Shown here: piece by piece, positions 37,312 to 47,996 of the stretch
How positions within the stretch are numbered: the stretch's first letter is position 1
How the letters are laid out: every line of letters begins with the position of its first letter
DNA from: a virus
Lineage: Duplodnaviria > Caudoviricetes
Length of the DNA: 59,698 bases
Reading direction: 5' to 3' (one strand)
IMG/VR virus record: IMGVR_UViG_3300037054_000205
Span: 1 to 59,698 of that record
Translations under genes and position numbers: made by a program
Notes under the pieces: model-generated
What the model saw: only the letters and a program-made list of their open reading frames with translations
What the model was told of the DNA's origin: nothing
Database searches by the model: none

Positions 37312-38100
37312 ATGGCAACAACACCTGTTCCAGTTCTTGCTCCAGTTCCCGTTCCGGCTGCCACCAGTAACCCGGTGAGCACATTCTTGAAAGCCCACGA
37401 AAAACTTATCATTTTGGTCCTCTGCTTGCTGGTAGGCTGGCATTTCTACGCCAAAGCCGTAAGTGCTTGGGAATCATACGACCAGCGCAAGGATAACCTC
37501 GCCCATGCCGCGCTCGCGGCGGACGTCACCACGGCGAATCAAATTGCTACCGTCAATGCGCAGGAAGCGGCTGATTATAAAGTACTTGCGGCTCAACTGG
37601 CGGCCAGTAACACGGCCCTGGCGTCCGCCCGGGTAACTCGCGCTGCCGCCACCCAGACCCAGCAAGCCGCCGACCGGACATTGCCCCCTACCGAACTGGC
37701 AACCCGCTGGACGACCCTTCTCAAAATGCCGCCAGGGACTGTCCTGGTCGAGCCTGGGGGGAAAGGCGTGCCGGATGCGCTTGTGATTACGCCCGCTGGC
37801 GCGACCGAGACCGTCTTGCAGTTAGAGACCGTCCCGATGCTGCAAGCCGACCTCCAAGACGAAACCACTGTCGCAACCAATTACTCTACCCAAGTCACGT
37901 CTCTGGAACGGGTCAACGTCGGGCTGAACACCCAAATCGACGCATTAGATGCGGAGATTATCACTGCAAACGCCGCATGCGTTGCGGACAAAAAATTACT
38001 GGTCGCGAAGGCGCGGAAGTCGAAACTGCACTGGTTTGAAGCTGGCGTGGTGGTAGGCTTCGTCGGACGGCAACTAATTAAGACCTTTGGAGGTATATAG
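37312..38100 (+). CDS. membrane-anchored coiled-coil protein (spanin-like)
   Basis: N-terminal TM helix, Ala-rich coiled coils, hydrophobic C-terminus. Confidence 0.55.
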   Translation: MATTPVPVLAPVPVPAATSNPVSTFLKAHEKLIILVLCLLVGWHFYAKAVSAWESYDQRKDNLAHAALAADVTTANQIATVNAQEAADYKVLAAQLAASNTALASARVTRAAATQTQQAADRTLPPTELATRWTTLLKMPPGTVLVEPGGKGVPDALVITPAGATETVLQLETVPMLQADLQDETTVATNYSTQVTSLERVNVGLNTQIDALDAEIITANAACVADKKLLVAKARKSKLHWFEAGVVVGFVGRQLIKTFGGI

Positions 38101-38103
38101 AGC

Positions 38104-38361
38104 ATGCCGAACGCGGCTCAATATGCCGCCCTGAAAGCGGCGGGGGTATGCAGTCGAGGCTGTGGTCAGCCTATTTGGATGGCCGGGTTCTGTTAACCAT
38201 GCTGGCTCGATAAGCAGCGCCGGAATTTCCGTCGAGGGGACCGCTTTGCAGCGCGCGGCATCGGCAGAGGAATTAGACCAGAGTGGGAAGCGCAACGGGA
38301 CGAGAAAATTAACGCCATAGCAGCCCAAATCCTCAAATCGCAGGAGGCACCATGTTCCTGA
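38104..38361 (+). pseudogene. Zn-finger gene with in-frame TAA at 38194-38196; paralog of 40760..41038
   Basis: MPNAAQYAALKAAGVCSRGCG...FC*PCW...[14 protein letters not shown]; GGAGG RBS. Confidence 0.7.
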
Positions 38362-39281
38362 ACGACAACGGCATCCAGGTTTTGCAGTGGGAGACCATGA
38401 TTCCCATAGAAGACATTGATGTGTTTGATGGCCGCAACGGGTTGGTCATTCCTCAGAAAATATCACACTTCGAAAAGGTCTTTCGTGTCGAAGGGTTTCG
38501 GCTACCGCTCACGGGTCGCCGCCTGCCGAACGGGCGCGTGAAACTATTATGCGGGCATCATCGTACCCCCGCAGCAAAGAATCTGGGGCTGCGTTTCATT
38601 CCTATGGTTCTCCTGCCCGACGACGCCCCTGACCAACTTGGTATAGACATCTATTTAGGAGATAACAATCGTCTTCTGAACTTGGCAACGCCCTTGATTA
38701 TTAGTGCCGTACGCATTGCCGACTTGAACCGACAGGCGGGGTTGGATGATAGCGAACACAACTCCATAACCGGGGAGAAAGTCGGGCTCGACAAAGAAGA
38801 AGTCCGGGATGTTCGGGGTCTTGCGGACGGCTTAGACGCCAAGACAATGCATCCCGGTATCGCTGAGATTGCGAACTCTGACACAGCCATCCAGGCTTAT
38901 CGGTTGTTTACGAAATACAGCCTGACAGTGGAGGCCCAAGGCCCGGTATTACAGGCTGTAGGTCAAAACCCCAAGGATGGGCTTCGCATTCTCTCACGCC
39001 AACTCTCCAAAGGGGATTACCAACCCGCGCGCCCTCGGCCCAAGCCAAAGGCTCTAGTAACTATTGATGAATTAGGAGACCGGGTGCGGGTTGCGGTGGA
39101 AAATTTTGTGAGCTTCGTAGAATCCGCCGAAGAGCTTGAAATGGACCCGAAGATTCGGCGTGAAATGAGCGACGGCTGGACTCAATTGACCCAAGTATGC
39201 CCAGAACTCCCGGAGGATAACAATGTTGAAAGTGAAATTCGTCAAACGTCCTGCTTCTCGGAAGTCGAAGAAACCTACTAA
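38352..39281 (+). CDS. ParB/Srx N-terminal-domain protein
   Basis: EGFRLPL...LLCGHHRTPAAKNLG...IP...DN. Confidence 0.7.
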   Translation: MFLNDNGIQVLQWETMIPIEDIDVFDGRNGLVIPQKISHFEKVFRVEGFRLPLTGRRLPNGRVKLLCGHHRTPAAKNLGLRFIPMVLLPDDAPDQLGIDIYLGDNNRLLNLATPLIISAVRIADLNRQAGLDDSEHNSITGEKVGLDKEEVRDVRGLADGLDAKTMHPGIAEIANSDTAIQAYRLFTKYSLTVEAQGPVLQAVGQNPKDGLRILSRQLSKGDYQPARPRPKPKALVTIDELGDRVRVAVENFVSFVESAEELEMDPKIRREMSDGWTQLTQVCPELPEDNNVESEIRQTSCFSEVEETY

Positions 39282-40749
39282 GCCGTTAAAGGCCGGAACC
39301 ATCGACGGGGTTGAGCCTGTTCTGGCCACGTTGCCGACCGGGGAGGCCATAACCCGGTACATCATCACGTCGGCGCAGAATAACACTGAGATGCACGAGG
39401 GGACGTGGCAGAACCTACTTGCGCTGACCAATTACTATAAAGCCACGTTGTTGGTTGGAACCTTTACCTATAACAAGAGTGCTTATGGGGAAGCCTCCGT
39501 TAAACGAGGAACCGCCGACGAGGGAGACCATGGTTCCCTCTATGACCCGCGTCTCGTGCAGTACTTCTGCGATAAGCGCGTGCAACTCGGTCGGGGACTG
39601 GTGTGGTGCGGGGACTTGAACATTCAGCCCACCGCAAGTAACCCGCTCTCCGGTTACGACACCTTTTGCGGACGCAATTCCTGTATCTTTCCACACGCCA
39701 AGATAGCGGAACGGAGCGTGGCATCAACGGGCGGGAGCGGCGCGAAACTCATCTACACCACGGGAACGACAACCTGCAGGAACTACGTCCAGATGAAGGC
39801 CGGGCAAAAAGCAGAATTCAATCACACCTTCGGCGGACTGATTGTCGAAGTTGATAGCCAAGGTGTATGGAAGGTCCGCCAACTCGACGCCGAAACAGAC
39901 ACCGGAACCATCTGCGACTTGAATTTGAAGGTCGAGCGCGGGGTGGTGACCGACACGCATGGAGACAACGTGGAAGCTATCGTGTTCGGCGATATCCACG
40001 CCACCATCATCGACCCGACAGTCCTGGCTTTATCGGCCACGGCCCCGGGCAATATGATTGATTTTTTGAAACCAAAATACGTCGTCATTCATGACTTAAT
40101 GGAGGGGGCTTCCGTCAACCACCATGACGTGAAGAAACCAGTAGAGAGGTTCAAAAAAGAGTTGCGCGATTTGACGGTCGTCCAACACGAACTGCAGGCC
40201 ACCGCCGAGGTCCTCACCAAGTATTACCGCCCGGGCTCGCAAATTGTGGTGGTGAATTCTAATCACGACCGCTGGCTCGACCTTTGGCTCGATACCTACA
40301 ACGCGCAAAAAGATGATGTGCGCAATTTAGAAATCTATCACGACGGCAACGCCGCGCGCCTCAAACAACAGCGACTCTGCGGCAGCGCCATGAACGTCCT
40401 CGAATACTTGCTCCGCAATCACACCGATTGTACCGCCCCCGCCCGATTCCTGGGTCTGGACGAACCCTTCTTGCTTTGCGACAATCGTCTCGAATGCTAC
40501 CATGGAGACCTGGGACCGAACGGGACGCGCGGGTCCGCCCCGGCACTCTCTAAGGTGGGGCGTCGGGCTATCATCGGCCACTCTCACGTTGCGGGCATCT
40601 GGGATGGGTTGTACTCAGTCGGCACCAGTACTGAACTGCGAATGGGATACAATCATGGCCCCAGTGCCTGGACACACAGCCATGTGATTGTCTACAAGAA
40701 CGGGAAGCGGGCTATAGTCACCATGTACGAAGGAAAGTGGAAAGCCTAA
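39223..40749 (+). CDS. T5 A1-like metallophosphoesterase/nuclease
   Basis: IITSAQNNT, NYVQMKAGQKAE, GDIH, HDL, SNHD, HGD, GHSH, MGYN..SAW match the A1 family pattern as recalled. Confidence 0.85.
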   Translation: MLKVKFVKRPASRKSKKPTKPLKAGTIDGVEPVLATLPTGEAITRYIITSAQNNTEMHEGTWQNLLALTNYYKATLLVGTFTYNKSAYGEASVKRGTADEGDHGSLYDPRLVQYFCDKRVQLGRGLVWCGDLNIQPTASNPLSGYDTFCGRNSCIFPHAKIAERSVASTGGSGAKLIYTTGTTTCRNYVQMKAGQKAEFNHTFGGLIVEVDSQGVWKVRQLDAETDTGTICDLNLKVERGVVTDTHGDNVEAIVFGDIHATIIDPTVLALSATAPGNMIDFLKPKYVVIHDLMEGASVNHHDVKKPVERFKKELRDLTVVQHELQATAEVLTKYYRPGSQIVVVNSNHDRWLDLWLDTYNAQKDDVRNLEIYHDGNAARLKQQRLCGSAMNVLEYLLRNHTDCTAPARFLGLDEPFLLCDNRLECYHGDLGPNGTRGSAPALSKVGRRAIIGHSHVAGIWDGLYSVGTSTELRMGYNHGPSAWTHSHVIVYKNGKRAIVTMYEGKWKA

Positions 40750-40759
40750 TTCGGAGGGA

Positions 40760-41038
40760 TTGAGCGTGACTCCAAGTACGGTTCGGTATCACCAACAGAA
40801 AGCGGCGCGGAGAGACGCAGGATTATGTCATATTCCTCGGTGCCCGCATCCTGCGCGTCCAGGACGGGTCGACTGCGAGCACTGCAGCATGATACAAAGG
40901 CGCCGCGATACCCGACGCGCGGACGCATTCGAAGCGCGCGGCATCGGCAGAGGAATTAGACCAGAGTGGGAAGCGAAACGGGCCGAGAACCTCAACGCCA
41001 TAGCAGTCAAAATTTTACAAGGGCAGGAGCAATTATGA
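40760..41038 (+). CDS. small Zn-finger protein
   Basis: GLCHIPRC...CEHC; GGAGG RBS. Confidence 0.65.
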   Translation: MSVTPSTVRYHQQKAARRDAGLCHIPRCPHPARPGRVDCEHCSMIQRRRDTRRADAFEARGIGRGIRPEWEAKRAENLNAIAVKILQGQEQL

Positions 41039-42045
41039 GCAGCAAAGATGAAGTTTCCACCAATCTCGATGACATCGTCGCCAAGATTGAAAAAGACCAC
41101 GGCAAGGGGAGCATCATGATGTTGGGTAGCAAGAAGTTTGCTCCCATCGACGTGATACCCACCTCTTCACTAGCTCTCGATGAAGCCCTGGGCGTCGGAG
41201 GTCTCCCGCGCGGGCGGGTAATCGAAATCTACGGGCCGGAATCGGGCGGCAAGACCACGCTGTCGCTGCACTGCATCGCCGAGGCCCAGAAGCTGGGCGG
41301 CAAGGCGGCGTTCATTGACGCAGAGAACGCCCTGGACCCTATCTATGCCCGCAAGTTAGGCGTAGATGTCGACCACCTCCTGGTATCCCAGCCTGACAAC
41401 GGCGAACAGGCTTTGGAAATTGCAAAGACCCTGATTGAGTCGGGCAAAATTGCTATCGTCGTCATCGACTCAGTCGCGGCGTTAGTCCCGAGGGCCGAAC
41501 TTGAAGGGGATATGGGAGACCCCCAGATGGGGCTGCAGGCCCGGCTGATGTCGCAAGCGCTGCGGAAGCTTACTGCCTTGACTAACAAGACCCGTACCGT
41601 TGTCATCTTCATCAACCAGATTCGGGAGAAGATTGGGGTCATGTTCGGCAGTCCCGAGACCACAACGGGAGGGCGCGCGCTGAAGTTTTACGCTTCCGTG
41701 CGGCTCGACATTCGAAAGACCGGGCCGATTAAAGACGGGGACAAAGTCATCGGGGCCGAAACCCGCATCAAGGTGGTGAAAAATAAGGTGGCCTCTCCGT
41801 TCTGCGTGGCCGAAGTCAAGATTCTGTATGGGCAAGGTATCTCCCGCGAAAGTGATTTGTTGACTCTGGGGGTCCTGCGCAACGTCATCGAAAAGAACGG
41901 GTCCTGGTTGTCGTATAAGGGCGAGAGAATTGGGCAAGGGGCGGAGCAGGCGCGTTTATTTCTCGTGAATCATGTTGACATCGCCACCAAGATTGATGTA
42001 GAATTACGGAATATAATTTTCAAAAAAGAGGTGACAGTTGATTAA
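41035..42045 (+). CDS. recA: recombinase RecA
   Basis: [59 protein letters not shown]. Confidence 0.98.
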   Translation: MSSKDEVSTNLDDIVAKIEKDHGKGSIMMLGSKKFAPIDVIPTSSLALDEALGVGGLPRGRVIEIYGPESGGKTTLSLHCIAEAQKLGGKAAFIDAENALDPIYARKLGVDVDHLLVSQPDNGEQALEIAKTLIESGKIAIVVIDSVAALVPRAELEGDMGDPQMGLQARLMSQALRKLTALTNKTRTVVIFINQIREKIGVMFGSPETTTGGRALKFYASVRLDIRKTGPIKDGDKVIGAETRIKVVKNKVASPFCVAEVKILYGQGISRESDLLTLGVLRNVIEKNGSWLSYKGERIGQGAEQARLFLVNHVDIATKIDVELRNIIFKKEVTVD

Positions 42046-42664
42046 CACGAGTCCTGCAGAACATGCCTATGTCGAAGGCACCCCGCTCTTTGATATGTGC
42101 CGCATTTGTGGTTTGCATTACACAGCCCACACTCTGAACTACCGCGACGGGATAGTGCCCTGGGGGCTCGGGGGGACCGTCTCCCCCGCTCCGCAAGCTC
42201 CCGAACCACCATCTGTGACTGTCCAGACCACAGCAGGTGATAATGACAAATGGGCGGGTGGAAAAGTTCACCCGGATGAACCCCAATCTGTTCTGCCTTC
42301 CGACGCGGCGGCACGAAAGGGAATTCCAATCGGAACCGGGGTCATAGATTATTTCCCAGCAGCCTTAGCGGAAGTCGCCAAGGTGTCGTTCGCGGGGAAC
42401 CAGCAACATAATCCCGGCGAACCTCTACATTGGTCGCGCGGGAAGTCTACCGACCAAGCCGACACGATAATCCGGCATTACCTGGAGCGCGGGAAGATTG
42501 ACAGTGACGGACAGCGGCACTCCGCGAAGCTGGCATGGCGGACTCTCGCGCTATTGCAGCTTGAACTCGAAGAGGCAGGAGCCCCACTCGCACGAGGGGC
42601 TACTTTACCCGACGCCGCCCCGCAGGTTTATCCTGGATATGCCATCATCAAGGGGAAAATATGA
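42038..42664 (+). CDS. dATP/dGTP diphosphohydrolase-like (DUF5664-type) protein
   Basis: [18 protein letters not shown]...W...IRH...HSAKLAW. Confidence 0.75.
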   Translation: MINTSPAEHAYVEGTPLFDMCRICGLHYTAHTLNYRDGIVPWGLGGTVSPAPQAPEPPSVTVQTTAGDNDKWAGGKVHPDEPQSVLPSDAAARKGIPIGTGVIDYFPAALAEVAKVSFAGNQQHNPGEPLHWSRGKSTDQADTIIRHYLERGKIDSDGQRHSAKLAWRTLALLQLELEEAGAPLARGATLPDAAPQVYPGYAIIKGKI

Positions 42665-42900
42665 ATCGCTCTTCCGCCATAGACTCGGTTGTTCGAGAAT
42701 TCGAGTCGGCCATCTCACGGTACCCGGCATTTCATTCTGCGCACGAAGGATACGCCATCATATTAGAAGAAGTTGATGAACTCTGGACAGAAGTCAAGAA
42801 GAGCCCAAAGAAACGCGACCCTATTCTCATGCGAGAGGAAGCAATTCAAGTGGCCGCTATGGCTTTGCGATTTCTGATTGACGTATGCCCAAATGAATGA
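42661..42900 (+). CDS. MazG-like all-alpha NTP pyrophosphatase
   Basis: SAHEGYAIILEEVDE...EEAIQVAAMA. Confidence 0.75.
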   Translation: MNRSSAIDSVVREFESAISRYPAFHSAHEGYAIILEEVDELWTEVKKSPKKRDPILMREEAIQVAAMALRFLIDVCPNE

Positions 42901-42914
42901 CTAACGGAGGTCCT

Positions 42915-43331
42915 ATGCTTAAGGTTTACCTCGCAGCACCGTACCAGAAAAAAGAAGACATTCGAAATTATGCCAAGGAGCTTCGGTCCTTGGGTATCGA
43001 AGTGACTTCTCGGTGGATAGATGAACCAGACAAACCAAATGTTCAGTTGAAGGATGTAGATGCGGCGATGTTGCGACTCTACGCAGGACACGATGTTGCG
43101 GATGTGCAGGCGGCGGACGTTTTCGTACTGTTCACTGACCCCACGAAAACCATCATTCGCCAAGGTCGCACGGTGGAGTCGGGTCTGGCTATCGCGTTTG
43201 GTATGCCCATTGTAGCGGTTGGGCTTGAATTTGAAAATATCTTCCACTACTTGCCGCAATTCACCCACTTCGAAACGTGGTATGATGTCCGGGACAAACT
43301 TTACGCTATGTACGTGCAAGCCACCCAATAA
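42915..43331 (+). CDS. nucleoside 2-deoxyribosyltransferase-like protein
   Basis: KVYLAAPY, DVADVQAAD, GRTVESGLA. Confidence 0.78.
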   Translation: MLKVYLAAPYQKKEDIRNYAKELRSLGIEVTSRWIDEPDKPNVQLKDVDAAMLRLYAGHDVADVQAADVFVLFTDPTKTIIRQGRTVESGLAIAFGMPIVAVGLEFENIFHYLPQFTHFETWYDVRDKLYAMYVQATQ

Positions 43332-43906
43332 TGCGCCCCAGACCCCCATGGAAGTGCCCGCACACCACCAGACCCTATCGGGCTCTGGGGCTCTGCAATG
43401 CCTGCTATTTGAAACAAAACGGCGGAAGTAAGCGATGGTATGCTCGCCATCGGACCCAAATGATTCAAACAGCAACTCAGTGGAATAAAATCCACGGAGA
43501 ACGACGACGAGAAATTTCAAGATTGTCTGCGCGGCGAGTGTACCGCCGAGACCCCCAGAAAGCGATGCGTGCGGTGATGCTCGAATACCACACAAATTTG
43601 AATTATCACATCGCCTGGAATTTGCGGGCGAAAGTTCGCATGGCTCTCCATGGTCGGGCTAAAACCGCCTCGACCCTAAATTTGCTCGGGTGCTCGCTAG
43701 ACGACTTCATCCGGCACTTAGAATCTCTTTTTACTTTCGGCATGACATGGGAAAATTATGGTTTAAGAGGATGGCATATCGACCATAAGCGTCCATGCGC
43801 GTCCTTCGACTTAAGCCAGCCCGCTCAACAACGAGCGTGTTTTCATTACACCAACCTCCAACCGCTCTGGGCCTTCGACAACTTGTCTAAGGGGAACAGA
43901 ATATGA
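43331..43906 (+). CDS. HNH-like endonuclease
   Basis: MTWENYG..WHIDHKRPCASFDL...CFHYTNLQPLW..DNLSK. Confidence 0.82.
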   Translation: MRPRPPWKCPHTTRPYRALGLCNACYLKQNGGSKRWYARHRTQMIQTATQWNKIHGERRREISRLSARRVYRRDPQKAMRAVMLEYHTNLNYHIAWNLRAKVRMALHGRAKTASTLNLLGCSLDDFIRHLESLFTFGMTWENYGLRGWHIDHKRPCASFDLSQPAQQRACFHYTNLQPLWAFDNLSKGNRI

Positions 43907-46177
43907 ACCAATCATACCTGTTCCTTTGACTTCGAAACATTCTCTCTTCTCGACTTGACCGAGGTGGGTCTCGATAACTACGTTAATCACCCCTCAACAG
44001 GCGTCTCGATGCTCGGCTGGGCGTTGGACAAAGAAGATGTGGAGTTGTGGTTCCCGCACAAGGGACCCATGCCGCAGAAACTGCTCGATGCCCTGCTGGA
44101 CCCCGCCATCATTAAAGTTGCTTGGCATGCCATGTTCGAGTGCATGTTTATGAATCGTGTAGTCTTCGGCCCTCGGTACGCGGCGGGGGACCACCAAGTC
44201 CCCATTAGTGAATACCGCGACCCCATCATTCTGGCGCGCGCGTTGTCGCTTCCCGGAAAACTGAAAACCGTCGCGGAAGTTCTGCAAATGCAGAATCTGA
44301 AAGACCCGCGCGGGGAAGAACTGATGCAGATGTTCTGCCAGCCCGTCAGCCTGGGCGGGGAAATGACGTTGTTCGGGATGACCACGCCGCTCTTCCGAGA
44401 CCATAACAGCCACCCGCGCGAATTTGCCGAGTACGGCGAGTACTGCAAGCAGGACATACGGACAGAACGAGACCTCTGGTACCGCCTGCTGCAGATTCCG
44501 TTTCCAGAGATTGAATGGCAGGGATGGCTTCTGGACCAGAAGATTAACTCCTTTGGAATACCGGGGCGCAGGGACCTCGCCGAAAAAGGGCTGCGGCTTG
44601 CGCTAAAGTGGTTAGGAATCCAGAAAAAGCTTCTGAAAGAGAAGACCGGGTTGGCGAATCCCAACTCCGATGCGCAGTTTAAGGTGTGGGCTGCGGAGCG
44701 GGGGTATCGCCTAAACTCTCTTCGCGCGGAGACCGTAGCCGCCGAACTCAAAAATCCCGAAGCCCAGATAACTCAGGAATGCCGCGAAGCCTTCGCGTTG
44801 CGGTCTTCTGCCCGCAAGTCGTCTTATACAAAAATCGAGAAGTTCTTGAGTCTTCTGTCTACCCTTGATGACCGTCTACGCTACCAGTTTAATTACATGG
44901 GCGCATCGCGGACAGGGCGTTGGAAGAGCGGTGGCGGGGAAGATGCATCTATGCAGGTGCAGAACCTCGCGCGCGGGGTGAAGGCGGTCAAGAAGAAACT
45001 GGCATTGGCTCTAAAACTTTTGGAAGCGGAAGATTACGACGGAATTGTGAAGGAATTTACGAATACCAAAGACCCGAAGGATTCCATCACCATCATGGAG
45101 TTTGTCATCACCCTTCTGCGGTCGCTGTTCCAAGCCAAGCCAGGAAAGAAATTTCTCGTTGCTGATAAGAACGCTATCGAAAACCGCATGCTGGGCTGGG
45201 CGGCGGGATGCGAGAAGATTCTGGAGGTTTTCCGCCGAGGCCGCTGCCCCTACATGTCTTTCGGCGCGGAACTGTTTGGAATTCCATACGAACAATGGTG
45301 CCGAGTCGAGAACGGGGTTCATAAACCTAAGCCCGAATTTGAAGAGCGTCGGCAGCAGGCGAAAGCACCCGTACTCGGCGGGGGATACGGTCTCGGCGGC
45401 GGCGACAGCTACATCGACGAATACGGCGACGAAAAGCGTGGTGGGCTGTGGGGATACGCGCTGAACGTCTGTGGCGTCGATATGCCCAGAGAGTTGGCGC
45501 ATAAAGCCGTCAAGATTCTGCGAGAGACTTGGGTTGAGGTTCCGGTCTTTTGGACAGACCTCGAAGAGGGGTTCAAACAGGTCCTAAAGCGCGGCGGGTC
45601 TATCAGCGTCGGAAAGGTAACCTGGAATAAACACACCGAGGAGTGGGTCGAGCACCCCACCCACGGCAAGCAGTGCGTCATCACCTTTCGACGCATCGCG
45701 ATGGGGAACGGGAAATATACGATTCGGATGGAACTGCCGTCCGGGCGGGCTCTGCATTACCTGAACGCCACGATTGAGGACGAACAGCGCGTTAGCAAAA
45801 AGACGGGGAACCCCTACACCTCGCATACCATTTATTACGACGGCATCGAACATAGCGCGACCCAGGACGCGGCGGGCAAGACACAGAAGAAACACCACAA
45901 ATGGGGCCGGGTCAAGACGTACGGCGGCAAGCTGGCCGAGAACGCGGTCCAAGCTATGTCGCGGGACGACCTTTTGAACTCTATGTTCCTGGCCGATGAG
46001 ATGGGGTTTGACATTTGGGGTCTCTTTCACGACGAACTCGCGGTCGAAGTCTCCGACGACATGTTCGGGCTGCGGCTGGAAGACCTAATTTGGTGTTTTG
46101 TTCAGATTCCGTGGTGGGCTCCGGGGCTCCTCCTGGGGGCCGAAGGGTACGAGTCGAAAGTTTACAAGAAAGGCTGA
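43903..46177 (+). CDS. polA: family A DNA polymerase with 3'-5' exonuclease; needs a +1 shift at 43924-43930
   Basis: MNQSYLFL/DFETFS ExoI, YCKQD, TGRW, ADKNAIENR (motif A), RQQAKAPVLGGGYG (B), ENAVQ, HDE (C). Confidence 0.92.
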
Positions 46178-46185
46178 GAAATTTC

Positions 46186-46214
46186 TTGACAAGGTTCCAG
46201 TACTTTGGTACTAT
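46186..46214 (+). promoter_or_regulatory. sigma70 promoter overlapped by palindrome AGTAC-TTTG-GTACT
   Basis: TTGACA-17bp-TACTAT; palindrome at 46199-46212. Confidence 0.75.
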
Positions 46215-46228
46215 TGACGTGAGCAGAA

Positions 46229-46582
46229 ATGAGTTCGGATTTTACAATGCGGAGCATTCAGCAGGCTATTCGAGACGCGGGCGGGGAGTGGATTGGCGTT
46301 CAGACCGCGTTTCAGCCTTGGGATTCTGCGGCCCCCCAAATAGTGTTTAGGCATCCCCGTACAAAAAAGGTCGTCGTCCTGCGTTTCAACCCCATCTTGG
46401 ATAGTGCGGAGAAAATGTACGAAAAGGTCCTGGCAGTTCTTACCGAAGGTTACCCTTCTCCCATGCCAAGTCTTGAGCCCCAGGTCACGGTCCCTCTCGC
46501 GGCACTATTGAAACTCGGGGAGATTCTTTCGGACGCATCTAAAGAAATTACCGCGCTTTGCAAACAGGAGAAAAAGAAATGA
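46229..46582 (+). CDS. hypothetical protein
   Basis: First ORF after the promoter; coupled to ERF. Confidence 0.65.
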   Translation: MSSDFTMRSIQQAIRDAGGEWIGVQTAFQPWDSAAPQIVFRHPRTKKVVVLRFNPILDSAEKMYEKVLAVLTEGYPSPMPSLEPQVTVPLAALLKLGEILSDASKEITALCKQEKKK

Positions 46583-47553
46583 CAGACACACCGAAATTGA
46601 ATTTGCGCCAGAAGCTGATTCAGGTCTATTCCGAAATCGACCACATCGAGAAGTCCGGTCGCAACACAAAACAGAACTACAATTTCGTCAAGGCAGCCGA
46701 CGTTCTGCGCGCAATTCGCGACTCGTTCGCGAAGTTGGGTATCTACGCCCAGACGAACTATGAGTTGCTGGGGACGTATGACATCAAGACCAATAGCGGC
46801 GGGAATATGCACACCGCGACTGTGAAAGCCACCATCGTGCTGTACGATGCTGACTCCGATGAGACCAAGGCCATTAGCGGCCTGGGCGACGGGGCGGACT
46901 CAGGTGATAAGGGCATCTTTAAGGCCCAAACCGGAGCCACCAAGAACGCGCTCCGCAACGGAACTCTCTTGCCCGACGAAGCGGACCCTGAAGCAGATGA
47001 AGAGGTTGATGATAGAACCGCGCCGACCGCATCTAGGACCTACCAGGAAGACAAGCATGACGCTCCGCGCTCCCAGGCCACCCCTAAACAGGGCACGGAA
47101 CGCCCTACTCAGGCCCCTGCGACGGTACACGAGAAGGGGACCTCGCCAGCGGCCCACACCCAGGAGACCCCTACATTGTTTGGTGTGGCACCTGCGGCTG
47201 CCCAAGAGTCGACGGAGATTGCACAGGCTGCGGGTCGTGAACCCGGCGACGAGTCCGAGACAACCCCGCCGACAGAAGCCGAGTTGGTGACGTACCGCGA
47301 GAAATTCAAGAAGTTGGGTGATGACCTCTCGGCGGATGGTCAGTTGAAAGCCAGCAAGGGTCTCCCCCTCAACCGCAAACTGCTTGTCTTCCTATTGAGC
47401 ATCACGAAGGCGGCGGACGCAAAGGTTCTCACGAAGGCGCAATGGGATAACTTTTTCGGGCGCGTCAAGACGGCGATGGAGGAACCCACAATTGGTTTGG
47501 TCGGCATCACGAAGTTGGTCAACAAGGCAAACGGGCTCGACGACAAGAAGTAA
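46579..47553 (+). CDS. erf: ERF-family single-strand annealing protein
   Basis: IEKSGRNTKQNYNF, GDGADSGDKGIFKAQTGATK, DPEAD. Confidence 0.88.
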   Translation: MTDTPKLNLRQKLIQVYSEIDHIEKSGRNTKQNYNFVKAADVLRAIRDSFAKLGIYAQTNYELLGTYDIKTNSGGNMHTATVKATIVLYDADSDETKAISGLGDGADSGDKGIFKAQTGATKNALRNGTLLPDEADPEADEEVDDRTAPTASRTYQEDKHDAPRSQATPKQGTERPTQAPATVHEKGTSPAAHTQETPTLFGVAPAAAQESTEIAQAAGREPGDESETTPPTEAELVTYREKFKKLGDDLSADGQLKASKGLPLNRKLLVFLLSITKAADAKVLTKAQWDNFFGRVKTAMEEPTIGLVGITKLVNKANGLDDKK

Positions 47554-47577
47554 CTAATTTCACACTAGGAGAGAACA

Positions 47578-47988
47578 ATGAACAATCTGGTAATTGTTGG
47601 ACGCATCGGACGCGTGGGTGATTTGAAATACACCCAAAGTAGCAAAGCAGTGGCTTATTTCAGTGTCGCGGTCGACAATGGGAAGACTTCGGATGGAGAG
47701 AAGCGCGAAGCCACTTGGTTCGAAGTGACTCTCTGGGAGAAGCAGGCGGAAAGTCTGCATCAGTACCTGCATGTCGGCGACAGAATCGGCGTCAGCGGAC
47801 AGGTTCAGTTGAAAGCGGCTGAAGAGCGGGGCGAGAAGACCTACCCAGCCAAACTGACCGTATCCTTTCCTCGGATTGAACTCCTGGGAGACTCCAACAA
47901 GCAGAATGACACTCAAAACGCCAAACCCGCGCAGCGACAGGCGGCGCCAGCCTCGACGCAAGTCAACGACGAAGATATCCCCTTCTAA
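47578..47988 (+). CDS. ssb: single-stranded DNA-binding protein
   Basis: MNNLVIVGRIG, ATWFEVTLWEKQAE, C-terminal DEDIPF. Confidence 0.95.
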   Translation: MNNLVIVGRIGRVGDLKYTQSSKAVAYFSVAVDNGKTSDGEKREATWFEVTLWEKQAESLHQYLHVGDRIGVSGQVQLKAAEERGEKTYPAKLTVSFPRIELLGDSNKQNDTQNAKPAQRQAAPASTQVNDEDIPF

Positions 47989-47996
47989 TCGAAGTT

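Larger units (their letters stand above)
38250..40975. repeat. 43-bp identical direct repeat (38250-38292 / 40933-40975)
   Basis: AGCGCGCGGCATCGGCAGAGGAATTAGACCAGAGTGGGAAGCG occurs twice, with imperfect extension downstream. Confidence 0.92.

Noticed and set aside
38194-38196. In-frame TAA as evidence of genome-wide stop-codon reassignment
   Set aside because: TAA, TAG and TGA all end conserved genes at expected positions; this is a single lesion
42038-46177. Z-base (2-aminoadenine) genome system
   Set aside because: No purZ or adenylosuccinate-synthetase-like gene in the window
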